Source of the DNA: Auanema rhodensis
Taxonomy: Eukaryota; Animalia; Nematoda
Length of the DNA stretch: 64,000 bases
NCBI GenBank assembly: GCA_964057225.1
Contig: CAXKVF010000002.1
Coordinates: 122,414-186,413 of the forward strand
Direction: 5' to 3'
Part shown: positions 1 through 15,000 of the stretch, one piece after another
Layout: each line of letters opens with the position of its first letter
How positions within the stretch are numbered: the first letter of the stretch is position 1
Position numbers and translations under genes: made by a program
Notes under the pieces: generated by a model
Seen by the model: only the letters and a program-made list of their open reading frames with translations
Databases searched by the model: none
What the model was told of the DNA's origin: nothing

Positions 1-3000
1 CGTCTGTATTGCACATTTCAACACCGTGGAATGAAGTTGTAATATTTTTTTTTTCATATTTTCTTAAAGAATATACAAAACCTAAATATCTTCACTTGAA
101 ATGTACAACACAATTAGAAATCGCAATATATTGTATCGAGGAAAAACTCAAGGAAGATGCATATTTATCGTCTGTATTGCACATTTCAACACCGTGATAT
201 GAAGTTGTAATACTGTTTTTTTCATATTTTCTTAAAGAATATACAAAACCTAAATATGTTCACTTGAAATGTACAACACAATTAGAAATCGCAATATATT
301 GTATCGAGGAAAAACTCAAGGAAGATGCATATTTATCGTCTGTATTGCACATTTCAACACCGTGGAATGAAGTTTTAATACTGTTTTTTTCATATTTTCT
401 TAGAGAATATACAAAACCTAAATATCTTCACTTGAAATGTACAACACAGTTTAAAATCGCAATATATTGTATCGAGGAAAAACTCAAGGAAGATGCATAT
501 TTATCGTCTGTATTGCACATTTCAACACCGTGGAATGAAGTTTTAATACTGTTTTTTTCATATTTTCTTAAAGAATATACAAAACCTAAATATTTTCACT
601 TGAAATGTACAACACAGTTTAAAATCGCAATATATTGTATCGAGAAAAAACTCGAGGAAGATGCATATTTATCGTCTGTGTTGCACATTTCAACACGGTG
701 GAATGAAGTTGTAATATTTTTTTTTCATATTTTCTTAAAGAATATACAAAACCTAAATATCTTCACATGAAATGTACAACAAAATTAGAAATCGCAATAT
801 ATTGTATCGAGGAAAAACTCAAGGAAGATGCATATTTATCGTCTGTATTGCACATTTCAACACCGTGGTATGAAGTTGTAATACTGTTTTTTTCATATTT
901 TCTTAAAGAATATACAGAACCTAAATATCTTCACTTGAAATGTAAAATACAGTTTAAAATCGCAATATATTGTATCGAGGAAAAACTGGAGGAAGATGCA
1001 TATTATCGTCTGTATTGCACATTTCAACACCGTGGAATGAAGTTGTAATATTTTTTTTTTCATAGTTTCTTAAAGAATATACAAAACCTAAATATCTTCA
1101 CATGAAATGTACAACACAATTAGAAATCGCAATATATTGTATCGAGGAAAAACTCAAGGAAGATGCATATTTATCGTCTGTATTGCACATTTCAACACTG
1201 TGAAATGAAGTTGTAATATTTTTTTTTTCATATTTTCTTAAAGAATATACAAAACCTAAATATCTTCATATGAAATGTACAACACAATTAGAAATCGCAA
1301 TATATTGTATCGAGGAAAAACTCAAGGAAGATGCATATTTATCGTCTGTATTGCACATTTCAACACCGTGGAATGAAGTTGTAATATTTTTTTTTCATAT
1401 TTTCTTAAAGAATATACAAAACCTAAATATCTTCACATGAAATGTACAACACAATTAGAAATTGCAATATATTGTGTCGAGGAAAAACTCAAGGTAGATG
1501 CATATTTATCGTCTGTATTGCACATTTCAACACGGTGGAATGAAGTTGTAATATTTTTTTTTTCATATTTTCTTAAAGAATATACAAAACCTAAATATCT
1601 TCATATGAAATGTACAACACAATTAGAAATCGCAATATATTGTATCGAGGAAAAACTCAAGGAAGATGCATATTTATCGTCTGTATTGCACATTTCAACA
1701 CGGTGGAATGAAGTTGTAATATTTTTTTTTTCATATTTTCTTAAAGAATATACAAAACCTAAATATCTTCACTTGAAATGTACAACACAGTTCAAAATCG
1801 CAAAATATTGTATCGAGGAAAAACTCAAGGAAGATGCATATTTATCGTCTGTATTGCACATTTCAACACGGTGGAATGAAGTTGTAATATTTTTTTTTTA
1901 TATTTTCTTAAAGAATATACAAAACCTAAATATCTTCAAATGAAATGTACAACACAGTTCAAAATCGGAATATATTGTATCGAGGAAAAACTCAAGGAAG
2001 ATGCATATTTATCGTCTGTGTTGCACATTTCAACACTGTGGAATGAAGTTGTAATATTTTTTTTTCATATTTTCTTAAAGAATATACAAAACCTAAATAT
2101 CTTCACTTGAAATGTACAACACAATTAGAAATCGCAATATATTGTGTCGAGGAAAAACTCAAGGTAGATGCATATTTATCGTCTGTATTGCACATTTCAA
2201 CACGGTGGAATGAAGTTGTAATACTGTTTTTTTTCATATTTTCTTAAAGAATATACAAAACCTTAGTATCTTCACTTGAAATGTACAACACAGTTTGAAA
2301 TCGCAATATATTGTATCGAGGAAAAACTCAAGGAAGATGCATATTTATCGTCTGTATTGCACATTTCAACACCGTGGAATGAAGTTCTAATATTTTTTTT
2401 TTCATATTTTCTTAAAGAATATACAAAACCTTAGTATCTTCACTTGAAATGTACAACACAGTTTGAAATCGCAATATATTGTATCGAGGAAAAACTCAAG
2501 GAAGATGCATATTTATCGTCTATATTGCACATTTCAACACCGTGATATGAAGTTGTAATACTGTTTTTTTCATATTTTCTTAAAGAATATACAAAACCTA
2601 AATATGTTCCCTTGAAATGTACAACACAATTAGAAATCGCAATATATTGTATCGAGGAAAAACTCAAGGAAGATGCATATTTATCGTCTGTATTGCACAT
2701 TTCAACACCGTGGAATGAAGTTGTAATATTTTTTTTTTCATATTTTCTTAAAGAATATACAAAACCTAAATATCTTCACTTGAAATGTACAACACAGTTA
2801 AAAATCGCAATATATTGTATCGAGGAAAAACTCAAGGAAGATGCATATTTATCGTCTGTATTGCACATTTCAACACCGTGATATGAAGTTGTAATACTGT
2901 TTTTTTCATATTTTCTTAAAGAATATACAAAACCTAAATATCTTCACATGAAATGTACAACACAATTAGAAATCGCAATATATTGTATCGAGGAAAAACT

Positions 3001-6000
3001 CAAGGAAGATGCATATTTATCGTCTGTATTGCACATTTCAACACCGTGGAATGAAGTTGTAATACTGTTTTTTTCATATTTTCTTAAAGAATATACAAAA
3101 CCTAAATATTTTCACTTGAAATGTACAACACAGTTTAAAATCGCAATATATTGTATCGAGAAAAAACTCGAGGAAGATGCATATTTATCGTCTGTATTGC
3201 ACATTTCAACACGGTGGAATGAAGTTGTAATATTTTTTTTTTTCATATTTTCTTAAAGAATATACAAAACCTAAATATCTTCACATGAAATGTACAACAC
3301 AATTAGAAATCGCAATATATTGTATCGAGGAAAAACTCAAGGAAGATACATATTTATCGTCTGTATTGCACATTTCAACACCGTGGAATGAAGTTGTAAT
3401 ATTTTTTTTTTCATAGTTTCTTAAAGAATATACAAAACCTAAATATCTTCACATGAAATGTACAACACAATTAGAAATCGCAATATATTGTATCGAGGAA
3501 AAACTCAAGGAAGATGCATATTTATCGTCTGTATTGCACATTTCAACACTGTGGAATGAAGTTATAATATTTTTTTTTTCATATTTTCTTAAAGAATATA
3601 CAAAACCTAAATATCTTCACTTGAAATGTACAACACAATTAGAAATCGCAATATATTGTATCCAGGAAAAACTCAAGGAAGATGCATATTTATCGTCTGT
3701 ATTGCACATTTCAACACTGTGAAATGAAGTTGTAATATTTTTTTTTTCATATTTTCTTAAAGAATATACAAAACCTAAATATCTTCATATGAAATGTACA
3801 ACACAATTAGAAATCGCAATATATTGTATCGAGGAAAAACTCAAGGAAGATGCATATTTATCGTCTGTATTGCACATTTCAACACCGTGGAATGAAGTTG
3901 TAATATTTTTTTTTTCATATTTTCTTAAAGAATATACAAAACCTAAATATCTTCACATGAAATGTACAACACAATTAGAAATTGCAATATATTGTGTCGA
4001 GGAAAAACTCAAGGTAGATGCATATTTATCGTCTGTATTGCACATTTCAACACGGTGGAATGAAGTTGTAATATTTTTTTTTTCATATTTTCTTAAAGAA
4101 TATACAAAACCTAAATATCTTCATATGAAATGTACAACACAATTAGAAATCGCAATATATTGTATCGAGGAAAAACTCAAGGAAGATGCATATTTATCGT
4201 CTGTATTGCACATTTCAACACCGTGGAATGAAGTTTTAATACTGTTTTTTTCATATTTTCTTAGAGAATATACAAAACCTAAATATCTTCACTTGAAATG
4301 TACAACACAGTTTAAAATCGCAATATATTGTATCGAGGAAAAACTCAAGGAAGATGCATATTTATCGTCTGTATTGCACATTTCAACACGGTGGAATGAA
4401 GTTGTAATATTTTTTTTTCATATTTTCTTAAAGAATATACAAAACCTAAATATCTTCACATGAAATGTACAACACAATTAGAAATTGCAATATATTGTAT
4501 CGAGGAAAAACTCAAGGAAGATGCATATTTATCGTCTGTATTGCACATTTCAACACTGTGGAATGAAGTTATAATATTTTTTTTTTCATATTTTCTTAAA
4601 GAATATACAAAACCTAAATATCTTCACTTGAAATGTACAACACAATTAGAAATCGCAATATATTGTATCCAGGAAAAACTCAAGGAAGATGCATATTTAT
4701 CGTCTGTATTGCACATTTCAACACTGTGAAATGAAGTTGTAATATTTTTTTTTTCATATTTTCTTAAAGAATATACAAAACCTAAATATCTTCATATGAA
4801 ATGTACAACACAATTAGAAATCGCAATATATTGTATCGAGGAAAAACTCAAGGAAGATGCATATTTATCGTCTGTATTGCACATTTCAACACCGTGGAAT
4901 GAAGTTGTAATATTTTTTTTTTCATATTTTCTTAAAGAATATACAAAACCTAAATATCTTCACATGAAATGTACAACACAATTAGAAATTGCAATATATT
5001 GTGTCGAGGAAAAACTCAAGGTAGATGCATATTTATCGTCTGTATTGCACATTTCAACACGGTGGAATGAAGTTGTAATATTTTTTTTTTCATATTTTCT
5101 TAAAGAATATACAAAACCTAAATATCTTCATATGAAATGTACAACACAATTAGAAATCGCAATATATTGTATCGAGGAAAAACTCAAGGAAGATGCATAT
5201 TTATCGTCTGTATTGCACATTTCAACACCGTGGAATGAAGTTTTAATACTGTTTTTTTCATATTTTCTTAGAGAATATACAAAACCTAAATATCTTCACT
5301 TGAAATGTACAACACAGTTTAAAATCGCAATATATTGTATCGAGGAAAAACTCAAGGAAGATGCATATTTATCGTCTGTATTGCACATTTCAACACGGTG
5401 GAATGAAGTTGTAATATTTTTTTTTCATATTTTCTTAAAGAATATACAAAACCTAAATATCTTCACATGAAATGTACAACACAATTAGAAATTGCAATAT
5501 ATTGTATCGAGGAAAAACTCAAGGAAGATGCATATTTATCGTCTGTATTGCACATTTCAACACTGTGGAATGAAGTTATAATATTTTTTTTTTCATATTT
5601 TCTTAAAGAATATACAAAACCTAAATATCTTCACTTGAAATGTACAACACAATTAGAAATCGCAATATATTGTATCGAGAAAAAACTCAAGGAAGATGCA
5701 TATTTATCGTCTGTATTGCACATTTCAACACGGTGGAATGAAGTTGTAATATTTTTTTTTTCATATTTTCTTAAAGAATATACAAAACCTAAATATCTTC
5801 ACTTGAAATGTACAACACAATTAGAAATTGCAATATATTGTATCGAGGAAAAACTCAAGGAAGATGCATATTTATCGTCTGTATTGCACATTTCAACACC
5901 GTGGAATGAAGTTGTAATATTTTTTTTTTCATATTTTCTTAAAGAATATACAAAACCTAAATATCTTCACATGAAATGTACAACACAGTTTAAAATCGCA

Positions 6001-9000
6001 ATATATTGTGTCGAGGAAAAACTCAAGGAAGATGCATATTTATCGTCTGTATTGCACATTTCAACACCGTGGAATGAAGTTTTAATACTGTTTTTTTCAT
6101 ATTTTCTTAGAGAATATACAAAACCTAAATATCTTCACATGAAATGTACAACACAATTAGAAATTGCAATATATTGTATCGAGGAAAAACTCAAGGAAGA
6201 TGCATATTTATCGTCTGTATTGCACATTTCAACACGGTGGAATGAAGTTTTAATACTGTTTTTTTCATATTTTCTTAAAGAATATACAAAACCTAAATAT
6301 TTTCACTTGAAATGTACAACACAATTAGAAATCGCAATATATTGTATCGAGGAAAAACTCAAGGAAGATGCATATTTATCGTCTGTGTTGCACATTTCAA
6401 CACGGTGGAATGAAGTTGTAATATTTTTTTTTCATATTTTCTTAAAGAATATACAAAACCTAAATATCTTCACATGAAATGTACAACAAAATTAGAAATC
6501 GCAATATATTGTATCGAGGAAAAACTCAAGGAAGATGCATATTTATCGTCTGTATTGCACATTTCAACACCGTGGTATGAAGTTGTAATACTGTTTTTTT
6601 CATATTTTCTTAAAGAATATACAGAACCTTAGTATCTTCACTTGAAATGTACAACACAGTTTGAAATCGCAATATATTGTATCGAGGAAAAACTCAAGGA
6701 AGATGCATATTTATCGTCTGTATTGCACATTTCAACACCGTGGAATGAAGTTTTAATACTGTTTTTTTCATATTTTCTTAGAGAATATACAAAACCTAAA
6801 TATCTTCACTTGAAATGTACAACACAGTTTAAAATCGCAATATATTGTATCGAGGAAAAACTCAAGGAAGATGCATATTTATCGTCTGTATTGCACATTT
6901 CAACACCGTGGAATGAAGTTTTAATACTGTTTTTTTCATATTTTCTTAAAGAATATACAAAACCTAAATATTTTCACTTGAAATGTACAACACAGTTTAA
7001 AATCGCAATATATTGTATCGAGAAAAAACTCGAGGAAGATGCATATTTATCGTCTGTGTTGCACATTTCAACACGGTGGAATGAAGTTGTAATATTTTTT
7101 TTTCATATTTTCTTAAAGAATATACAAAACCTAAATATCTTCACATGAAATGTACAACAAAATTAGAAATCGCAATATATTGTATCGAGGAAAAACTCAA
7201 GGAAGATGCATATTTATCGTCTGTATTGCACATTTCAACACCGTGGTATGAAGTTGTAATACTGTTTTTTTCATATTTTCTTAAAGAATATACAGAACCT
7301 AAATATCTTCACTTGAAATGTAAAATACAGTTTAAAATCGCAATATATTGTATCGAGGAAAAACTGGAGGAAGATGCATATTATCGTCTGTATTGCACAT
7401 TTCAACACCGTGGAATGAAGTTGTAATATTTTTTTTTTCATAGTTTCTTAAAGAATATACAAAACCTAAATATCTTCACATGAAATGTACAACACAATTA
7501 GAAATCGCAATATATTGTATCGAGGAAAAACTCAAGGAAGATGCATATTTATCGTCTGTATTGCACATTTCAACACTGTGAAATGAAGTTGTAATATTTT
7601 TTTTTTCATATTTTCTTAAAGAATATACAAAACCTAAATATCTTCATATGAAATGTACAACACAATTAGAAATCGCAATATATTGTATCGAGGAAAAACT
7701 CAAGGAAGATGCATATTTATCGTCTGTATTGCACATTTCAACACCGTGGAATGAAGTTGTAATATTTTTTTTTTCATATTTTCTTAAAGAATATACAAAA
7801 CCTAAATATCTTCACATGAAATGTACAACACAATTAGAAATTGCAATATATTGTGTCGAGGAAAAACTCAAGGTAGATGCATATTTATCGTCTGTATTGC
7901 ACATTTCAACACGGTGGAATGAAGTTGTAATATTTTTTTTTTCATATTTTCTTAAAGAATATACAAAACCTAAATATCTTCATATGAAATGTACAACACA
8001 ATTAGAAATTGCAATATATTGTATCGAGGAAAAACTCAAGGAAGATGCATATTTATCGTCTGTATTGCACATTTCAACACGGTGGAATGAAGTTGTAATA
8101 TTTTTTTTTTCATATTTTCTTAAAGAATATACAAAACCTAAATATCTTCACTTGAAATGTACAACACAGTTCAAAATCGCAATATATTGTATCGAGGAAA
8201 AACTCAAGGAAGATGCATATTTATCGTCTGTATTGCACATTTCAACACGGTGGAATGAAGTTGTAATATTTTTTTTTCATATTTTCTTAAAGAATATACA
8301 AAACCTAAATATCTTCAAATGAAATGTACAACACAGTTCAAAATCGGAATATATTGTATCGAGGAAAAACTCAAGGAAGATGCATATTTATCGTCTGTGT
8401 TGCACATTTCAACACTGTGGAATGAAGTTGTAATATTTTTTTTTCATATTTTCTTAAAGAATATACAAAACCTAAATATCTTCACTTGAAATGTACAACA
8501 CAATTAGAAATCGCAATATATTGTGTCGAGGAAAAACTCAAGGTAGATGCATATTTATCGTCTGTATTGCACATTTCAACACGGTGGAATGAAGTTGTAA
8601 TACTGTTTTTTTTCATATTTTCTTAAAGAATATACAAAACCTTAGTATCTTCACTTGAAATGTACAACACAGTTTGAAATCGCAATATATTGTATCGAGG
8701 AAAAACTCAAGGAAGATGCATATTTATCGTCTGTATTGCACATTTCAACACCGTGGAATGAAGTTGTAATATTTTTTTTTTCATATTTTCTTAAAGAATA
8801 TACAAAACCTAAATATCTTCACTTGAAATGTACAACACAGTTAAAAATCGCAATATATTGTATCGAGGAAAAACTCAAGGAAGATGCATATTTATCGTCT
8901 GTATTGCACATTTCAACACCGTGGAATGAAGTTTTAATATTTTTTTTTTCATATTTTCTTAAAGAATATACAAAACCTAAATATCTTCACATGAAATGTA

Positions 9001-12000
9001 CAACACAATTAGAAATCGCAATATATTGTATCCAGGAAAAACTCAAGGAAGATGCATATTTATCGTCTGTATTGCACATTTCAACACGGTGGAATGAAGT
9101 TGTAATATTTTTTTTTTCATATTTTCTTAAAGAATATACAAAACCTAAATATCTTCACATGAAATGTACAACACAATTAGAAATTGCAATATATTGTGTC
9201 GAGGAAAAACTCAAGGTAGATGCATATTTATCGTCTGTATTGCACATTTCAACACGGTGGAATGAAGTTGTAATATTTTTTTTTTCATATTTTCTTAAAG
9301 AATATACAAAACCTAAATATCTTCATATGAAATGTACAACACAATTAGAAATCGCAATATATTGTATCGAGGAAAAACTCAAGGAAGATGCATATTTATC
9401 GTCTGTATTGCACATTTCAACACGGTGGAATGAAGTTGTAATATTTTTTTTTTCATATTTTCTTAAAGAATATACAAAACCTTAGTATCTTCACTTGAAA
9501 TGTACAACACAGTTTGAAATCGCAATATATTGTATCGAGGAAAAACTCAAGGAAGATGCATATTTATCGTCTGTATTGCACATTTCAACACCGTGGAATG
9601 AAGTTGTAATATTTTTTTTTTCATATTTTCTTAAAGAATATACAAAACCTTAGTATCTTCACTTGAAATGTACAACACAGTTTGAAATCGCAATATATTG
9701 TATCGAGGAAAAACTCAAGGAAGATGCATATTTATCGTCTGTATTGCACATTTCAACACCGTGGTATGAAGTTGTAATACTGTTTTTTTCATATTTTCTT
9801 AAGGAATATACAAAAACTAAATATCTTCACTTGAAATGTACAACACAGTTTGAAATCGCAATATATTGTATCGAGGAAAAACTCAAGGAAGATGCATATT
9901 TATCGTCTGTATTGCACATTTCAACACCGTGGAATGAAGTTGTAATATTTTTTTTTTCATATTTTCTTAAAGAATATACAAAACCTAAATATCTTCACTT
10001 GAAATGTACAACACAATTAGAAATCGCAATATATTGTATCGAGGAAAAACTCAAGGAAGATGCATATTTATCGTCTGTATTGCACATTTCAACACCGTGA
10101 TATGAAGTTGTAATACTGTTTTTTTCATATTTTCTTAAAGAATATACAAAACCTAAATATGTTCACTTGAAATGTACAACACAATTAGAAATCGCAATAT
10201 ATTGTATCGAGGAAAAACTCAAGGAAGATGCATATTTATCGTCTGTATTGCACATTTCAACACCGTGGAATGAAGTTTTAATACTGTTTTTTTCATATTT
10301 TCTTAGAGAATATACAAAACCTAAATATCTTCACTTGAAATGTACAACACAGTTTAAAATCGCAATATATTGTATCGAGGAAAAACTCAAGGAAGATGCA
10401 TATTTATCGTCTGTATTGCACATTTCAACACCGTGGAATGAAGTTTTAATACTGTTTTTTTCATATTTTCTTAAAGAATATACAAAACCTAAATATTTTC
10501 ACTTGAAATGTACAACACAGTTTAAAATCGCAATATATTGTATCGAGAAAAAACTCGAGGAAGATGCATATTTATCGTCTGTGTTGCACATTTCAACACG
10601 GTGGAATGAAGTTGTAATATTTTTTTTTCATATTTTCTTAAAGAATATACAAAACCTAAATATCTTCACATGAAATGTACAACAAAATTAGAAATCGCAA
10701 TATATTGTATCGAGGAAAAACTCAAGGAAGATGCATATTTATCGTCTGTATTGCACATTTCAACACCGTGGTATGAAGTTGTAATACTGTTTTTTTCATA
10801 TTTTCTTAAAGAATATACAGAACCTAAATATCTTCACTTGAAATGTAAAATACAGTTTAAAATCGCAATATATTGTATCGAGGAAAAACTCAAGGAAGAT
10901 GCATATTTATCGTCTGTATTGCACATTTCAACACCGTGGAATGAAGTTGTAATATTTTTTTTTTCATATTTTCTTAAAGAATATACAAAACCTAAATATC
11001 TTCACATGAAATGTACAACACAATTAGAAATCGCAATATATTGTGTCGAGGAAAAACTCAAGGTAGATGCATATTTATCGTCTGTATTGCACATTTCAAC
11101 ACGGTGGAATGAAGTTGTAATATTTTTTTTTTCATATTTTCTTAAAGAATATACAAAACCTAAATATCTTCATATGAAATGTACAACACAATTAGAAATC
11201 GCAATATATTGTATCGAGGAAAAACTCAAGGAAGATGCATATTTATCGTCTGTATTGCACATTTCAACACGGTGGAATGAAGTTGTAATATTTTTTTTTT
11301 CATATTTTCTTAAAGAATATACAAAACCTAAATATCTTCACTTGAAATGTACAACACAGTTCAAAATCGCAATATATTGTATCGAGGAAAAACTCAAGGA
11401 AGATGCATATTTATCGTCTGTATTGCACATTTCAACACGGTGGAATGAAGTTGTAATATTTTTTTTTCATATTTTCTTAAAGAATATACAAAACCTAAAT
11501 ATCTTCACTTGAAATGTACAACACAGTTCAAAATCGGAATATATTGTATCGAGGAAAAACTCAAGGAAGATGCATATTTATCGTCTGTGTTGCACATTTC
11601 AACACTGTGGAATGAAGTTGTAATATTTTTTTTTCATATTTTCTTAAAGAATATACAAAACCTAAATATCTTCACTTGAAATGTACAACACAATTAGAAA
11701 TCGCAATATATTGTGTCGAGGAAAAACTCAAGGTAGATGCATATTTATCGTCTGTATTGCACATTTCAACACGGTGGAATGAAGTTGTAATACTGTTTTT
11801 TTTCATATTTTCTTAAAGAATATACAAAACCTTAGTATCTTCACTTGAAATGTACAACACAGTTTGAAATCGCAATATATTGTATCGAGGAAAAACTCAA
11901 GGAAGATGCATATTTATCGTCTGTATTGCACATTTCAACACCGTGGAATGAAGTTGTAATATTTTTTTTTTCATATTTTCTTAAAGAATATACAAAACCT

Positions 12001-15000
12001 AAATATCTTCACTTGAAATGTACAACACAGTTAAAAATCGCAATATATTGTATCGAGGAAAAACTCAAGGAAGATGCATATTTATCGTCTGTATTGCACA
12101 TTTCAACACCGTGGAATGAAGTTGTAATATTTTTTTTTTCATATTTTCTTAAAGAATATACAAAACCTAAATATCTTCACATGAAATGTACAACACAATT
12201 AGAAATTGCAATATATTGTGTCGAGGAAAAACTCAAGGTAGATGCATATTTATCGTCTGTATTGCACATTTCAACACGGTGGAATGAAGTTGTAATATTT
12301 TTTTTTTCATATTTTCTTAAAGAATATACAAAACCTAAATATCTTCATATGAAATGTACAACACAATTAGAAATCGCAATATATTGTATCGAGGAAAAAC
12401 TCAAGGAAGATGCATATTTATCGTCTGTATTGCACATTTCAACACGGTGGAATGAAGTTGTAATATTTTTTTTTTCATATTTTCTTAAAGAATATACAAA
12501 ACCTAAATATCTTCACTTGAAATGTACAACACAATTAGAAATCGCAATATATTGTATCGAGGAAAAACTCAAGGAAGATGCATATTTATCGTCTGTATTG
12601 CACATTTCAACACTGTGGAATGAAGTTGTAATATTTTTTTTTCATATTTTCTTAAAGAATATACAAAACCTTAGTATCTTCACTTGAAATGTACAACACA
12701 GTTTGAAATCGCAATATATTGTATCGAGGAAAAACTCAAGGAAGATGCATATTTATCGTCTGTATTGCACATTTCAACACCGTGGAATGAAGTTGTAATA
12801 TTTTTTTTTTCATATTTTCTTAAAGAATATACAAAACCTTAGTATCTTCACTTGAAATGTACAACACAGTTTGAAATCGCAATATATTGTATCGAGGAAA
12901 AACTCAAGGAAGATGCATATTTATCGTCTGTATTGCACATTTCAACACCGTGGAATGAAGTTGTAATATTTTTTTTTTCATATTTTCTTAAAGAATATAC
13001 AAAACCTTAGTATCTTCACTTGAAATGTACAACACAGTTTGAAATCGCAATATATTGTATCGAGGAAAAACTCAAGGAAGATGCATATTTATCGTCTGTA
13101 TTGCACATTTCAACACCGTGGAATGAAGTTGTAATACTGTTTTTTTCATATTTTCTTAAGAAATATACAAAAACTAAATATCTTCACTTGAAATGTACAA
13201 CACAGTTTGAAATCGCAATATATTGTATCGAGGAAAAACTCAAGGAAGATGCATATTTATCGTCTGTATTGCACATTTCAACACCGTGGAATGAAGTTGT
13301 AATATTTTTTTTTTCATATTTTCTTAAAGAATATACAAAACCTAAATATCTTCACTTGAAATGTACAACACAATTAGAAATCGCAATATATTGTATCGAG
13401 GAAAAACTCAAGGAAGATGCATATTTATCGTCTGTATTGCACATTTCAACACCGTGATATGAAGTTGTAATACTGTTTTTTTCATATTTTCTTAAAGAAT
13501 ATACAAAACCTAAATATGTTCACTTGAAATGTACAACACAATTAGAAATCGCAATATATTGTATCGAGGAAAAACTCAAGGAAGATGCATATTTATCGTC
13601 TGTATTGCACATTTCAACACCGTGGAATGAAGTTTTAATACTGTTTTTTTCATATTTTCTTAGAGAATATACAAAACCTAAATATCTTCACTTGAAATGT
13701 ACAACACAGTTTAAAATCGCAATATATTGTATCGAGGAAAAACTCAAGGAAGATGCATATTTATCGTCTGTATTGCACATTTCAACACCGTGGAATGAAG
13801 TTTTAATACTGTTTTTTTCATATTTTCTTAAAGAATATACAAAACCTAAATATTTTCACTTGAAATGTACAACACAGTTTAAAATCGCAATATATTGTAT
13901 CGAGAAAAAACTCGAGGAAGATGCATATTTATCGTCTGTATTGCACATTTCAACACGGTGGAATGAAGTTGTAATATTTTTTTTTTCATATTTTCTTAAA
14001 GAATATACAAAACCTAAATATCTTCACTTGAAATGTACAACACAGTTCAAAATCGCAATATATTGTATCGAGGAAAAACTCAAGGAAGATGCATATTTAT
14101 CGTCTGTATTGCACATTTCAACACGGTGGAATGAAGTTGTAATATTTTTTTTTTATATTTTCTTAAAGAATATACAAAACCTAAATATCTTCAAATGAAA
14201 TGTACAACACAGTTCAAAATCGGAATATATTGTATCGAGGAAAAACTCAAGGAAGATGCATATTATCGTCTGTATTGCACATTTCAACACCGTGGAATGA
14301 AGTTGTAATATTTTTTTTTCATATTTTCTTAAAGAATATACAAAACCTAAATATCTTCACTTGAAATGTACAACACAATTAGAAATCGCAATATATTGTG
14401 TCGAGGAAAAACTCAAGGTAGATGCATATTTATCGTCTGTATTGCACATTTCAACACGGTGGAATGAAGTTGTAATACTGTTTTTTTTCATATTTTCTTA
14501 AAGAATATACAAAACCTTAGTATCTTCACTTGAAATGTACAACACAGTTTGAAATCGCAATATATTGTATCGAGGAAAAACTCAAGGAAGATGCATATTT
14601 ATCGTCTGTATTGCACATTTCAACACCGTGGAATGAAGTTCTAATATTTTTTTTTTCATATTTTCTTAAAGAATATACAAAACCTTAGTATCTTCACTTG
14701 AAATGTACAACACAGTTTGAAATCGCAATATATTGTATCGAGGAAAAACTCAAGGAAGATGCATATTTATCGTCTATATTGCACATTTCAACACCGTGAT
14801 ATGAAGTTGTAATACTGTTTTTTTCATATTTTCTTAAAGAATATACAAAACCTAAATATGTTCCCTTGAAATGTACAACACAATTAGAAATCGCAATATA
14901 TTGTATCGAGGAAAAACTCAAGGAAGATGCATATTTATCGTCTGTATTGCACATTTCAACACCGTGGAATGAAGTTGTAATATTTTTTTTTTCATATTTT

